Origin: Tubiluchus corallicola | Taxonomy: Eukaryota > Animalia > Priapulida | Length of the DNA stretch: 64,000 nt | NCBI GenBank assembly: GCA_030141605.1 | Contig: JAQGDQ010000827.1 | Span: forward strand, 27,183-91,182 | Reading direction: 5' to 3' | Shown: positions 1 through 48,900 of the stretch, piece by piece | Numbering within the stretch: position 1 is the first letter of the stretch | How the letters are laid out: every line of letters begins with the position of its first letter | Position numbers and translations under genes: made by a program | Notes under the pieces: model-generated | Told to the model about the DNA's origin: nothing | Database searches by the model: none | The model's input: the letters and a program-made list of their open reading frames with translations, nothing else

Positions 1-360
1 ATGATAGTATTATACAAAGTGACAAGATTATTAATTGAATAAATTATCTGAGTTAATGATATTCAAGTGATTGATGAAAGGATGCCGAAAAACTAAAAGT
101 TACCAATGTCAACCACCCTGAAGATAAGTATTTTAAACAAGTTTATATTATTAATAACATGATTGCAAAGAATTCAGCAGATTAAAAGAGGCCCAAGCTT
201 TTCCCCAACAACTAACAAACTCCCAATAACTCTAAAAACATGTAAAATATAATGGTAATTAGGTATTTTTGCCCACTATTGTGGCGCAACAGGCAAGTCC
301 TACTTGGTTTCGGATGTTTAAGAGAAAAAACACTCTTCTATGTTTTTCTATTTCTCACCA

Positions 361-740
361 TTAAAACAAATTACGTACAATAATAAAAGAGGCAGCCCGC
401 AAAGTATTTAAAATCCCAAAACAAACAAATTTAGCTGAAGCATGGTGTGAGAGCAATGGCAGGTAGACAATTAAACTGACTATGGATCTAAGCTCAGGGA
501 CCCAAAAAGAGAGGCAACAAGAAATACCATTTTTCACATCACTGTATTTACTAGCCATTGGTTTCCTGTTCCAACATTTAATCACAAATAAAGTAAAATT
601 ATTTGTGTTGTCTCTTGCAAATCTCAGATCAGCATTAAATTCTTTAATGTACACACTTCTTTTCATCCATTTTCCTAAATGACTCGTTTGTATAATCATC
701 CTCTAACTTTTACAAAACCTCTTGTCTTTTTACAGATGTT
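361..740 (-). pseudogene. Degraded LINE endonuclease-like remnant
   Basis: Motifs in the expected order: IKEFNADL (GDFN-like), SLIVYL (SxIDY-like), SHH (SDH-like). Confidence 0.3.
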
Positions 741-1983
741 AACAAATACCAGCCGAATTATGTTAGTAAGAAAATTCGTTAGTTATTAGTACAAAAATAA
801 AAATTGTTTATATGTATGTATAGCAATGTGACATTCTTTTTTTAGATAACAATCAAACAAACACCCAATTTCCTTGAGAAAATAGTTATATTTATAGATA
901 GCATTTCGTTCCGTCTGTATTTCTGTTTATTCTAATTAAATAAGATTCAGAACATGTCCTAAGTAGGTTTAAAAACATTATAAAAATTATACTCTTTAAA
1001 CAAATAAATTTCTTAGTGAATTATACAGATATGTACAATGCCAATTTTACAATAAATAAATAAATAATCGTAATAAATTTGAGCTTTAAGATATAAGCCA
1101 ATGCTGGAGGTAGATTGTTTACCACACAATAGATTACATAATTATAACAAAGCGGACTAGATATGTAAAGTTATCTTCAAAACAGCATACCTAATTATGC
1201 AGTTACTGAGACTCGATTGAAAGATAATAGAGGGTCACTGTATGTATTTTATGTAAATGTTTGTATATGCGTACAATTTTAAATAAGGAATTACAATAAT
1301 AATAATTATGCAACAGGAAAATGCTAACATTCATTCAAAAAAGATCAGTATCAACAACATCATACTAAAGTATGTTCAAAAACAGTACACAACAGCAACT
1401 TTGCTAATGATTATAGATTATCATACTAATGACTTTATTACAAATTATAAATGTCACTCTAGCAAATATTCAGTGATTACAATTTTTTGCACACTTTCTT
1501 ATATAATCCCATTTAACTACAAAAAAGTTTAAATATCAATTTTATTTCTTTAATGCCCAAATTCACCACACTAGCTACACAGTTGTTTTTGAATTGTTTT
1601 AAATGGTACTTGACGGACATTCGCTTTTTTCAATATCACAAAATTGACCAGGCAACAGCAAAACACTGTTCAAGCACAAACAAATACGTGTTTATGGAAA
1701 CACCATCCTAGTATTACTCCAAATGGCATAATAATTTGAACTCAGCAATAGTAAAAACCTGATTAAGAGACGTTCATAAGCAAATATCTCCGAAAATTTG
1801 TACAGCAAAGAAAATGATGTGTACTTAAATTTTTAAACATAATTTTCCAAACATATATCTTTGCAATAGCGAGATAAATGCAATGAGTCCTTATGCTAGC
1901 ATCTTTTAACTGACATTGTTTAATATATTTTGCATTATTTACAGATGTTACTTTAGCTCAAACAATTGTAAAACTTCCTCCTT

Positions 1984-36597
<34,614 letters not shown>

Positions 36598-36698
36598 CTT
36601 AATTAGTTTGCACTTCTTTTCTAAGTTTTTTTTCAATAATTTATTATACGTATCCGTCAAGAGCAGATGTCGAGCATCGCGCCGTTGCCAAAACTCTT

Positions 36699-36711
36699 GT
36701 TGCTAAGCAAC
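36699..36711. promoter_or_regulatory. RFX X-box upstream of DNAI4
   Basis: GTTGCTAAGCAAC is a palindromic X-box about 100 bp upstream of the ATG (36597) of a motile-cilia gene. Half sites lie at 36684 (GTTGCC) and about 36731 (GTAGCAAC). Confidence 0.75.
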
Positions 36712-37399
36712 ACTTAGCGTACCTCTACATGTAGCAACCATAGATAATAATATTACTGACGTAATCAAGCAAAACCGCCTTTCTTGCGCCACCTGACGTG
36801 CAAAATCAAAGTCAAAGCTCTGGTCCTGTGACTCCTAATCCGGGATCTTAGCTGGTTCTCGGAAATAAAAAAGATCATCAGTAGGCAAACGACACCCTAC
36901 TTACTTTTAAGCAACCAGTTTCGAGTCCAATATTGATATGAGCGGAAATACAATATAATGCAATTTTCTTAAGTATGATGAGCCACTTTATCAAAAACCA
37001 TAACATTGCAATATCAAAATAACACAAGTTTTTCGGATACATGACGTTATTGCGTACCCCATAATATGTTCATCATCATAAGCCATAATGAAAAACATAA
37101 AAGCCCCAACTAGGGCAGAACACCCCAAAACCCGCTTTTCCACGCTTTGTAGTCTTGTCTTATTGACCTTGAGCAGATTTGGGCCTAATCTGGCTAACTT
37201 TGTTGAGCACTGGAAACATTTTCCAATTTTCACTTTGGTTGGAAGAATATATTAGCTTGTGTGATGGGGTAATAACAAGATGTGATCATTGACATACTAT
37301 ATAACCTCAAGGTCTTCCATGCCACATCAGTTCTTATAGGTCAATGTTAATTGGAAGAGTGAGGTTGTTTTTTCAAGTAATTTAACACTTCAAACATTT

Positions 37400-39280
37400 C
37401 ACGTGCCTGGAAGACAGATTTAAATGTTGCACATGTTAAAGAGTGGGATTTACATGTGTTCATTATCGTCTCAGCTAGTGGTGGCAATTTTCTAGTGTCT
37501 GAAAATTGAAATACCTACCAATGTCACTCCTCTTCATCATGTGGTTGTGTTATTGGCAACTGCACAAGAACCCAATTTTTGCACGAAACATACCGTGGCA
37601 CAGATGGCATAATAAAGAGTTAGTGAAGAAGACAATTTGAATATTGACAAATCTTGCGCTGTGGCAACTTTTCTGCTTTCTTTTTTTTACTTCAAACTGG
37701 ATTCTATTGTGAATGGTCCAATGCCAGCTGCTATGCTGCCAGTAGTACCAGGCTTGGTTTTTGAATACTTTAATTGATGTCCTGTTCCCCGAGTTTCCCC
37801 ACAGTTTTCAACATACTCGTTCTATGGATGCAGCAGTGAAGAAGGCATATTTGTGGTATTTTAATTGTTGTGAGTTGTTTCTGAGAATTTGTACCGGAGG
37901 CTTAGTCTGATGACATGTCCTGACTAATGAAATGGTGTTTCGAGATGATCGATTCAGTACTCTGGCTGTTTGATGTTATGAGGACAGTGATGTTGGTAAC
38001 GTTTTTGTCATATCTGATGTTTAGGATAAAGCTAGCAAAGCTATTGTTGATGGAAGTCCAAGTTTTGCTGCAACAGAGCAACGATGATTGACACACGATA
38101 GTTGAATTTAAATCTTTGCTCTTGAAGACTCCTTTTGTAAATTTCCCAAGATCACTAGTGATGCTCCAATTCAATGTTTCATGTCTTTTTCGGAAGTGCA
38201 TTGTTGACTGCTGTGTTACGATGGTTCGGGAGAAATCTGTTTCACAAAAAACTAGACAAGGACTTTGATTTTAAACAGTCCCTGGTGTAAACAGTCAAAG
38301 TAAGGCCATGATGGTCATAGGAAGTACACAAGTTGTCAATAGACCAATGGAGTCAGCATAATAGAGCTTGGGTGTGCATTGGTGGAGGTAAATGTTCAGA
38401 TCATAACTTGGAAATGTTGAGTAACCTTTCTTCAGAGTGGCATCTGATGTTATGTTGATGCTTCATTTGTCTACTGAGAGCATTACAAAAAGAAACAAAA
38501 TGAAGGTAGTATGATGAAAATACATGTACTCTCCATTCAGCTCGTATGTGATGAGAAATTCTAGCTTTCACAAAAAATATAATACAGTCATGCTACTACA
38601 AAGTGTTTGAATCAGGGGAATGAAGTGACCTGGATATCCAACCATCGAAAGGCCATCCATACCGAGACCTTTGGACCTATGTCAAATATTTTCAAGGAAG
38701 CAGAAAACTAGTAAAATATACTTTTTTCTTTTCAGTTCTACTCTTTTTGTTGTCCTTGTCCTGTAATGTGCTAGAAGACTGCATAGGTTTTGTGATGGAA
38801 TGGTCAAAGCCGTAATGAGAATCAGAAAGGACATTCTCTGTGATGGTCTACACTCTACATGCATTTCGGGGAATTCTGAGTTGGTACATGGACTACTTGA
38901 AACAACAATAACATCGACATTGAATTTGCAAGAACAACATTATGAATCACCACAGTTTTCATTTGTCGAATGAACAACAGTAATTCTAAAATAGCAGTCC
39001 AATAGTAAAATGCTAGTCTCTCATAAGCAGTCCAAGTATCAAATCTGAAAAACAATGTCAAAGTTCTGTGAGTGAAACAAGAACAACTGGTTGTGACCTG
39101 TCAGGAAGCAATTCGGCTTCACAAATATGCCAATGCCCACGACCTTGGATTTTTGCCGGAACAAAAGGCTACTTGGCCAATGTGAACATCAACAAGAACC
39201 CTCCTAGTTGCAAAGGATTCTTGTCCAATGTGCAATGCTGTTGCAGAAACCATTCTAGTTGCACATGGGATTGTTATAGT
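37400..39280 (-). pseudogene. Highly decayed coding-like segment, possibly a Helentron (PIF1 C-terminus plus endonuclease) relic
   Basis: Balanced composition. Fragments ALHIGQ..RVLVD..VAFCS, DVIVVSSSP, SYDHHG, LLCCSKTW and QLPITQP are broken by stops and frameshifts. Confidence 0.3.
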
Positions 39281-39974
39281 TATAACTAACCATCTAAACT
39301 AATATCAGAAACTTTTTTGAAACACAGAAGATGTTTTTAGCGCCTGTTTATAAGCGATAGTTTATGTCGGCTATCAGTGGACACTGGGCAGAAACCGTAG
39401 AAAAAATGAAACATATCCATGACGTTCTTATTTACTGTACATAGTTCAACTCTCACAAGAGGGCGGTGCGCATCACTGTGTGATTCCGCGAAAGAAAAAC
39501 TTATTTGAAAATTTGATTTTTGATTATAATAACACCAAAGCAGTCTTTATAAAAATGCGTAAAGATCGAAACAAAATTTGTGACTCGAAATTAGGCATAA
39601 TTGTTCTTTCGCTCATCTGTTATTTAAAACCTATTCTGATTTGTGAAGCAAATACGATATTAATTATAGGTTCCCGGTAGGTAATTTACTGCTAGTACTA
39701 GTACAGAAGTCGTCGTCTCATAAAAATACCAGGGGACCAGCAATAAGTGGTCTCAATAAGCGACGCTCTTATTATGCGGCTACCTATTGCAAGCGCGTGT
39801 ATTTCAATAACAATACGTAAACTAAAAAGCACATCCCTAAAAAACGACCGTTGCTTAATAATTAACCGCGATATTTAATTCTACTCGATTATAAATTTCT
39901 TTGGCATCGTAGTTTGAAAATTTTGAGAACGTATCAGTTGTAACATCAAGTAAACAAAATTGCATTTTTAAAAT

Positions 39975-42900
39975 ATGGATTGTTCTAACCTGCAGAATAT
40001 AGTCCAATTCAACATGGAAAATACCTCGGCATCTGCACCGCCGGAAAGTTCCTTACATAGATTGCCTTCTGCACCTCAATTTGAGAGCCACGATATTTCA
40101 GCGTACTTGTCGGGACCGCAATTGCAGCCACCAGACTGGATCAAGATATGTAATGAGACAGAACTTCAAAACATGCTTGTGGAAGAGAAGGCACGAAGCG
40201 AATCTCATAAAAGCAACTACCAGGCATTGAAAATAGAACATAAGAGGTTTGTTAGAAGTACAGAGTTTTTCGGAAGTCACTCACTAATTTGATTTTCAAT
40301 TTCCTTTGTAGCTAATTGTCCAACAACATTTTGGTAAGCTTTTACTCAGAAATTTCAAATTTTTTTAGTCAAATTTAAAGTTTTACAGCCTTTTTTGCTT
40401 CTATAGCTTTTTTCTTCGTGTAAAAATGTATCAGTTTTTGCATGCAGTGTATGGAAAGTACTGTACAGTAGTTTTAGAAATTTGTATGCAACTCAACCAA
40501 AACACAACTCTTGGGCTTTACTAGTATTGTAACTCTAAATAGCTTTTTGCTTATGGCAAATCCAGGACCCCCTCCCCACGATTTTTGCCACGACAAAAGT
40601 ATTTTATTTCAGAAGACATCCATGATGTTCATGTGTGAAGTATGAAGACGGCATGTCTTTCTTTCACGCCATTGCCGTCTACTGTTGTAATACTAAACTA
40701 GTTGAATGCTCACTTCTTAGTTATATGAAAGGTGAATCCCTGTCGCTCTCGAGAAGCTGAGTGTGACTCACTGATAGTGAAGCTGACTGTCTGTTTGCTG
40801 GATTTGAAATTGTTACTTTTTTGGGCGAATCCATGAACAGCCCTGTGTGGAGGTGAAAGAAAGAAATTTTCATCTTCATTCAATCTGCAGTGTATGTAAC
40901 GCAAGCAAATTCGACTCTCAGCAAAATCGAATATTCATTTTGAAAATCAGGCCCAATGAATATTAGCTAGAAATCGGACTTGAGGATTCACTCTCAGTAG
41001 GTGGTCTTACCGGCAAACTTCTCGAAATTGAAGGATTGATTAGTGTTATGGGCCTGCTTATTTTGGTCCCAGATTACAGGAAAGCAGTCACAAATTTTCA
41101 AAATTTTCTTGGGAGGAGAACCGCCCAAACCTCCCTCTCCAGCTCCCACCTTCAACGCTTGAGGTGGGTGCCTTTGAAAGTGTCTTTGTCACCCGCCCGC
41201 TCTGCGGTAGTATACGAAACATTCCATTTTTTGGCATTACAGTACCCCCTTTTCTAAAAGTCCTGGCTCTGCCCCTGTAACGCGTCATGCACTTATTGAT
41301 GATACAAATGTTTGAGCTTACATAATTTTAAGTGTAATTACCTGTTATGTCTGCCAGGTTGCAGGAAGAAAATTCTCGTCTCCAGGTGGAGCTAAAATCA
41401 CAAATAGAAAAAGATTCAACAGAGAAAACAGCTTTGGAGAATCAGCTGGAGATGCTGCGTCGACAAATAGTTGAGCGAGATGCAGATATCACGCATCTTA
41501 GATCACAAGTAATTGCAATTGATATTGATGATATATTGTTTTACAGTCTTTCTGCTTTATGTTAATGCTGTACCCGTATACAGTCTTAAGTTAAAGGAGA
41601 AGAAGAGGAAATTATGAGGCATAAACCAAAAAATTTTTCGTACAAAGTCATGTTACTCAGCATTATGCTTACCTGTTTGAAAAATGTTGAGGCATAAACC
41701 AAAAATCTTTTCATACAAAAAGTTATGTTACTCAGCATTATGCTTATCTGTTTGAAAAATTTATGTAATCGGAAAAGAAAATTCGTAATAATTTAAAATG
41801 TTCGCACCACCTGGTAAAAACGCACTGCATTACTGTTCCGGTGCACACCGCTAAGTCACCAAAAAATACAGTATTGACCCTATTGGCAATATACAATAAT
41901 TTAAACTTTTGCTTAGTTAGCATTGAGTGTGCTGCAAATGTTCTGATTATTTTTTCAAACTTGTTATTTAAACTGGTTTCAAATGGCTGTGTGTAATAGT
42001 CATTGCTGGAGTTTAAATTTACAAGTTTTATACAAAACTGGGTGGACATTGATAATTCGAATTACTTGACATTTGGCTTAATTTATCTTGGCTTTATTGA
42101 CAGCTCTGTGACCTGCATGTAGTGCATATTTTGTGACAGTCACAGGCACTTTATCGTGTGATAAATAACTACTGCAAGTACAACTTATGGATTTTGCAGC
42201 TTCACGTTTTAGATTTACTGAATCCTAATGTGATTTATCAGGATCATTGTATTTATCTCTTGAGAGCCTGGAAATGATGGAAATAACTTACACCATCATG
42301 AGACTAGTCACTTGGTGCTTTGTATGTTTTATACGGTGCTTTTGTTTGACACTAAAGCCATTTCTACCTTCTGTTTTGATTAAATCTTATTGATTTGTCA
42401 TTTCTTCAAATTATTTGTATTACACTAGACTAGTGTACCACTTAAAGTACTCACTATGATTATTTATGCACTTCAGTTCAAGGTATTTGATTGTTACCAG
42501 TTTCCGTGACCCTGTTTTGCTTTCGTAGATTGTAACACCTGACAAGTTGGAGCTGATGAGAGTAAAAGTTCGGGATGAATTGGAGGACCCGTATCGAGTC
42601 CGCTATGCTCAGCTGGAGGCAGATGCCGAGAAGTATCGGGCCGAATATAACAAACTCCGTTATGAATCTTCGTTTCTGAAGTCTGAGTATGAACACGAGC
42701 AAGCAGAGCACAGCAGAATACTTGAAGAAGTACTAGATTGTCTAGTTAAACATAAAGAAAATTTTCTCTATCTATATTTTCCTAATTTTTTTGCGATTAA
42801 AAGTCATATCTCTCTAAATGACTTTTGCAAATTACTGTTTACAATTTACAATTTTTGAAATACCATGATAAATTAATAGATTTCAAAAGTTTAAAGCATG

Positions 42901-45900
42901 CAGATGAAAACAAACTGTTGATAAAATATGCATTGCTGTGGCAGTGGCTATAACTCTGTACTTGTGCTCAATATACATTCATTCAGACAATGTGTTTGTA
43001 TTTTCCGCAGTTGAAAATGAAGTACGATGCTGACATAAAGAGTCTGAGAAAAGAACGCGAGGCTTTACTCGCTCGTTTAAACACGGAAACCAGTAATGAT
43101 GCTCAACGTGTGCATGCGCTCCAAAGGGAAAATGTGCAGCTTCAGTTAAAAGTTAAAGGTGAAATATTTAGCATGTTTATACATTGTTGTTGAATACCTG
43201 TAGAAGTTCTTTTTATTGTCTTCTTCGTGTCAGTCATTTTCACTACAGGTAGATATGTAAAAGCCAGTGTACCATTGTAATATTGGTAGGTCAGTTTAGT
43301 GATGTATCACTTAAAACAAAACCGGACCCGATCTTAAACTGCAGTATCTAAAACTTAAACAATCTACCTTTTAAAATATTGAAAAGAAACATCCTATTTT
43401 TTCGGAAATGACTTACGTGAAAAAATTATTACCACACAAACACAATTTCACGTTCATGCCACTAGTTCTTCGCTATTACGCACACTTTGCTATTTGCTAG
43501 AGAGACAGGCACTAGCGCCTGCATTTCGGAAATGTAGCCTGTACCTCTCAGTTCAGATGTTATTTTTTTTGACGAACTACACACGTTCAACAGCTCATGC
43601 GTGAACACATCAGTAAATTTGCAATTTCAATTTTTATCTTAAAACTTGTCTAGGTTTTGTACAACACACTGAATATCTTACAGTAGCACTGTAGTTCAAT
43701 TTCTGGTTTTGCAAACATGTGCAACAAGCTCGTGGAATATTTTTACTGTTGAAAATTATGTTAGTTTGTGATGTCATCAATAGTTGGGCTCACCTGCCGT
43801 TAATTAAGTTTTTAATTTATTATTTAATTATCAGGAACGCTTTTGCAGTATTAATTGTGTTAGAATGTGTTACTTTTTATCTTGAAAGTGGTACAGTATG
43901 TGAAAAATCGTCCTGTCTTCCTTTAATCTAAGTACAATAAATCTATTGTGATGTGCATGCAAATGACTCATTTCCTGAACCGATACAAGACCGATTACTG
44001 ATGAATAAAGTCAAAATAACCCAATCAAACTGATACCAAACTACTTTGCATTTAGAGTTGACTGAGTGGAACCGATGTTTTGTCTTCAACTTTCTATCAA
44101 AGATATTTGCCATAGCAATTTTAATCAAACACCTATACATTTGGATGTTACCTATTTAGGATGATATTGAGTTCCATTAGCCAAAAGATCAAAATATCAA
44201 TGTTTTAAGGTGGATTTTATTAAGTAACATTGGGATAATGCGGTAAAAGTTTGTAAATTAGTATTTGTATGTCTTATATTATTTGTCACATAGAAGCTAA
44301 GTAAAATGGAAAAAAGTGTTAAAATGAACTACAGTCGACCCTCGTTAAACTGGATACCGTTAGCCCGGATATCGGATAAGGCGGACGTCACCCGTGGTAA
44401 AGGAAACTGATCGATTTCCGTCCGAGCCCGAGCGCTAAACACAACACGGCCTACCAACTGTACAATAATTTCTTTATCCTTAACTATTTTAAAGTAATAT
44501 ACAGTATAGTATATAGTGCAATGTATATAGGCCTTATTAAGGTGATTATTCCTGTATAATATAGACCATATATAGGCATATCGGATAAATCGTACAATCA
44601 GCTAAACCGGACCCCCCCCCCCCCGAATTAGTCCGATTTAACGAGGGTTGACTGTATATATAATAATCTTTATTTGCCATAAAAAATCGATATTCATAAC
44701 TATAAAAGCATAAAAGAACATCGCAGCATGAGAATAAAATTCACACAACTGTTAAAGGCAAATGCGTCCAGTGGAAACTAAAAACTACTGTTCCAAAAAT
44801 TTAAAACAAAATATGCGTTATAATGTTACACGCAAATTATAATAGACTATATATATATATATATAACTATATATGATTAAGGTTTCAGTAAGTGTTTATT
44901 TCTTTAAAGTTGCAGAAAGGAACAAATAGGTGCAATTCTTGTACATTTTTCAAAAATTTTTAATAATTAATGCTTAGATATGGAAAATTATGAGTTATTG
45001 CATTTTATATAGCTATTTATTGAAACTAGTACAGGAACTGATCAGGTATAATTACAGGTGGTCCTCGACGTACGACCTACTTAATTAATTATGCAGAACC
45101 AACTAAAACTTACATTTTCTTCAATTTTTTAAACAAATTAACTTTAAATCACTGTGTGCGTCAATAAATTCTTCAGAGGCGCCACCATACTTGGTGTGCA
45201 ACGTCCTGCATGTGGGGCGCACCGACTTTAAAGTCAGGGTCTGGCAGCAAATTTTCACCTGTTAAATAGCTAAAAGAGTTATTGATAGTCAAACTCTGCT
45301 TTGAGTACCAATTTACTTGTTTGCAGCAAGTAATATAAAAACAATGCAAAAGCAGATGGTACCTTCTGATTGTCACTTGCAGTTTGGAGAAATGGATTTC
45401 TTTATGGTTCTCAAAAACTAAAAAACATTTTATGAGATTCGAAAGCAAATTTCCTGTCTGAAGTTAATCTTCCATTAAACATTTTTCTTTCGAGTCTAAC
45501 TACTAGATTAATTTATTCACTTTATTTTACTGTAGTTTACCTTTTCAGTGCAAAAGTTTCTTTCTTTCAGTTCTTAGGTTTTTTTGTTCCTAGGTGTCCT
45601 CACAGAGCTCGAAGAGATTCGAACTCAGCGCGAGAGTGCTGGTCTGCAAGCTGATAACGTGGCCAGGCTGCAAGCTAAGCAAACGTCGGAATACGTTGGA
45701 ACAATAAAGTCGCTGCAGGGAGAGAAGGAATCGCTACAGATGCAGGTTGATCGTCTTCACAGTGACCTGTCGTCCATAACGGAACTAAATACAAGCCTGC
45801 AAACCAAGGTAACATTCCATCCAGGGCCGGATTATCCAGTAGGCTAGCATAGGCTATAGCCTAAGGCACTCAAGCTTTGGTAACATTGCTAAAAAAAAAT

Positions 45901-48900
45901 TTCTACTACATACAAAATAGTAAGATAGTGCTATTTCTTAAAGAATATTTTTACTGTGAAATAGAAGATAGCTATTCGAGTTTATTTAAAGAATTTTCGA
46001 TAAGTTTACTTTAACCTATGATAATGTCACTAAAATACATCACTGATGAAAAATACACAAGACAGGTAAGGATGAGTTAGAGGGTGACTCCGTTTGAGGA
46101 GACTTTATAACTTCATAGACTTAGAGACCAACAAAAGTTCATAATTCACTATTGATTACATCCACTATAGCGGCCATGTCACGTTGAATACACCCGGCAC
46201 AAAGAGAAATGTCAATAAGAGTGACGTAGATCCTGCAGTTGAGACAGAAAGTTTTTAGAAAACTCTAGAAAATACTCAAATTTGTAATGATAGTCAAGAT
46301 TTAGATTTTTTAGATTTAATATTTTATTTCAAACTTCACAAAGTTCATAAACACATCACAAATTAATGCAATAAATCATGAAACACAACAATAACACAAA
46401 TAACAATTAACTATATAAGAAACTACGCCAATGACATCTAATTGCAGAAGTAAAGTTTGCATCACTGTTTAAAATGTTCTTGCATATAAAATTTTCACTG
46501 TTATTCAGCCTGACGTATAAACTGTATGCACATTTCTGTGAATAACATCAAAATATATAATATTAAGTCTAGTAGAAATATATCTTGCGCTCGTATCATA
46601 TGAAAAGTTAAACAGCTTCCGTGTTGGTACATTATATGCAACCTTGAGTTTGCTAAGATTGTAAGAATAAAAATGTCTCCAAGTGGACATACAATAAAAA
46701 GTAGTGCAGTAAGCATTAAACAATTGTCTCTTCACGTTAACTGAACAGTGAGTAAATTTCATGAGTAATTTATTTGCTCTACCATAGTAAATTGAACATT
46801 GTCGTAATATATCTAAATCATCTCTATTATCATCTGATAAAATATGACCCAGATATTTTTCCTTTTTACTAGGTATATATTTTTTGTATATATATGCAAT
46901 TTATACATTATAAATACAATTTATACATTTATATATATACATTTTACTAGGTATATATTTCCTTGTATATCTGTATGTATACCTGTGCAGCTATGTTGAG
47001 TCTTTTTGTTAGTATGATCTGGAAATCATTACCTGAGGTCTGCCCGCTGATAAAACCATCGGGTGTGCGTCAAGTTTGTAATTTTCGTGTTGGAAATGTG
47101 ATTTTCAGAAATAAAATATCTATCTAGGTACAAAACTTTTACACTGCAAAATAACAGACCCAAAAGTAAACTGCTGCATGTGGGCGGAGCGAAACGTGAC
47201 AAGTTTAGTCTTATTCACATTTACAAGGATATCATATTCTTTAGCAAATTTATTAAAAATATCTAGCAGTCTCTGCAAAGCCGTCGAGGTTGTTGGTAAA
47301 AGACATATGTCATCAGCGTACATCAAGTGATTAATGCAAGAGTTAAGAGTCTCATTCAAAAAGTCTTCCATTAAAAAACAACCTGTAAATGAGCGTTCCA
47401 GGTACAGGGAAGCAGACGAGAGAAGACTGAAAAAGCAAAGCTCTTGTTTTTGCTAAATGTTAATTAAGTGTGTTTCATGAATTGAGTTCTTCGCAGGTGA
47501 AGGGTGTTGTTAAAAGCATCGACCGTTTTGTTTTCTAGTTCCATCATGCTGAAAAGGAAGCCATTGAGTTGAAACACAGACTAGAGCACTGCGAACATCA
47601 GCGCAAGTTAGAGGTGACTAATGTCCGGCTAGAGACGGCACAGCAGAAAGGGGAAGCAGAGAGGGAGAGAGATACAGCTGTTAATAATTGCGAAGGTACT
47701 GTGGAAGTAATTCATGATGGAAGCTTGTGTTTGTGTTTTTCAATGAATTTCTTATTTGTTTACTTATTACGGTTCACCCAGCTTAATAAACTCAATCGCT
47801 TAATTGACTCGCCTGGAACGGGCCGCTTCTATCCAAATATACATAAAAACTATCGGTAATTGACTCAAATAACTCCTCATAATTGACTCAATATTTTTCC
47901 TTCGCTTACTTACAGTAAGACATTTGTATGTGTCCAATGAGCCTTTCCTACTTTTATCTCATCGACTTTGAAGGAATTTTAGTAATTTTTGCAAATAAAT
48001 AGACTTGTGTGATTTAGAAAAGTACACTTTTTAATTTATTGCTAATTCACTTATATAAATTAATATTTAAAATATTTTGTTCTAATTTTTAACTGCACAA
48101 AGGAATTTAGGCATTACTTTCCTTTCTAAAATTCATTAAAAACCTTTGCAGTGCACAGTAAGCTGATGACTTATACTTCTATACCTGTAATACTACACCC
48201 GTCGGTTAATAGACACAGTCGGTTAATTGGGTCAAAACATGGTGGTCCCGAAGTGAGTCTATTAAGCGGCGCCTACTATATTAAGTATGTAAGTGATCCG
48301 GGAACTTCAGTATTTGGCTCATTACGGTCAGTCCTGTGTGTCAGTCATCTGATGCGTGCTTTGCGACTGCAGTTAAACCACAAGAAACTTCCCACTCTTC
48401 ATAATAAAGCGTAAAAATTTGTGTTGAAATTTTATATCACTTACATGCTGTCTTATTGTGCACAGCACCTGCTTCACCAGTAACTCTGTATAAAACTTGT
48501 AAATTTAAACTTCCGCGATAACTGTTAGACGCATCCATTTTGATGTAAGTCGTTTTCACTAAGTTTAGATAACATTGCGTAATGGTTGGAAAAATAATCA
48601 GAGCATTTGTAGCACACACTCCGACAGCTAATAAAAAGTTTAAATTATTTCGTATGACATCTATGTGTTTTTTGGTAAGTCAGTGGTGCACACGGGGATG
48701 ATGATACAGTGCCTTTTTTACCAGGTGGCGCGAATATTTTTAATTATTAAGAATTTTCTTTTTCAATTACATAAATTTTTCAAACAGATAAGCATAATGC
48801 TGAGTAACATGACTTTGTATGAAAAAATTTTTGGTTTATGCCTCATAATTTCCTCTTCTTCTCCTTCAACTTGAGACTGTATACGAGTACAGCATTAACA

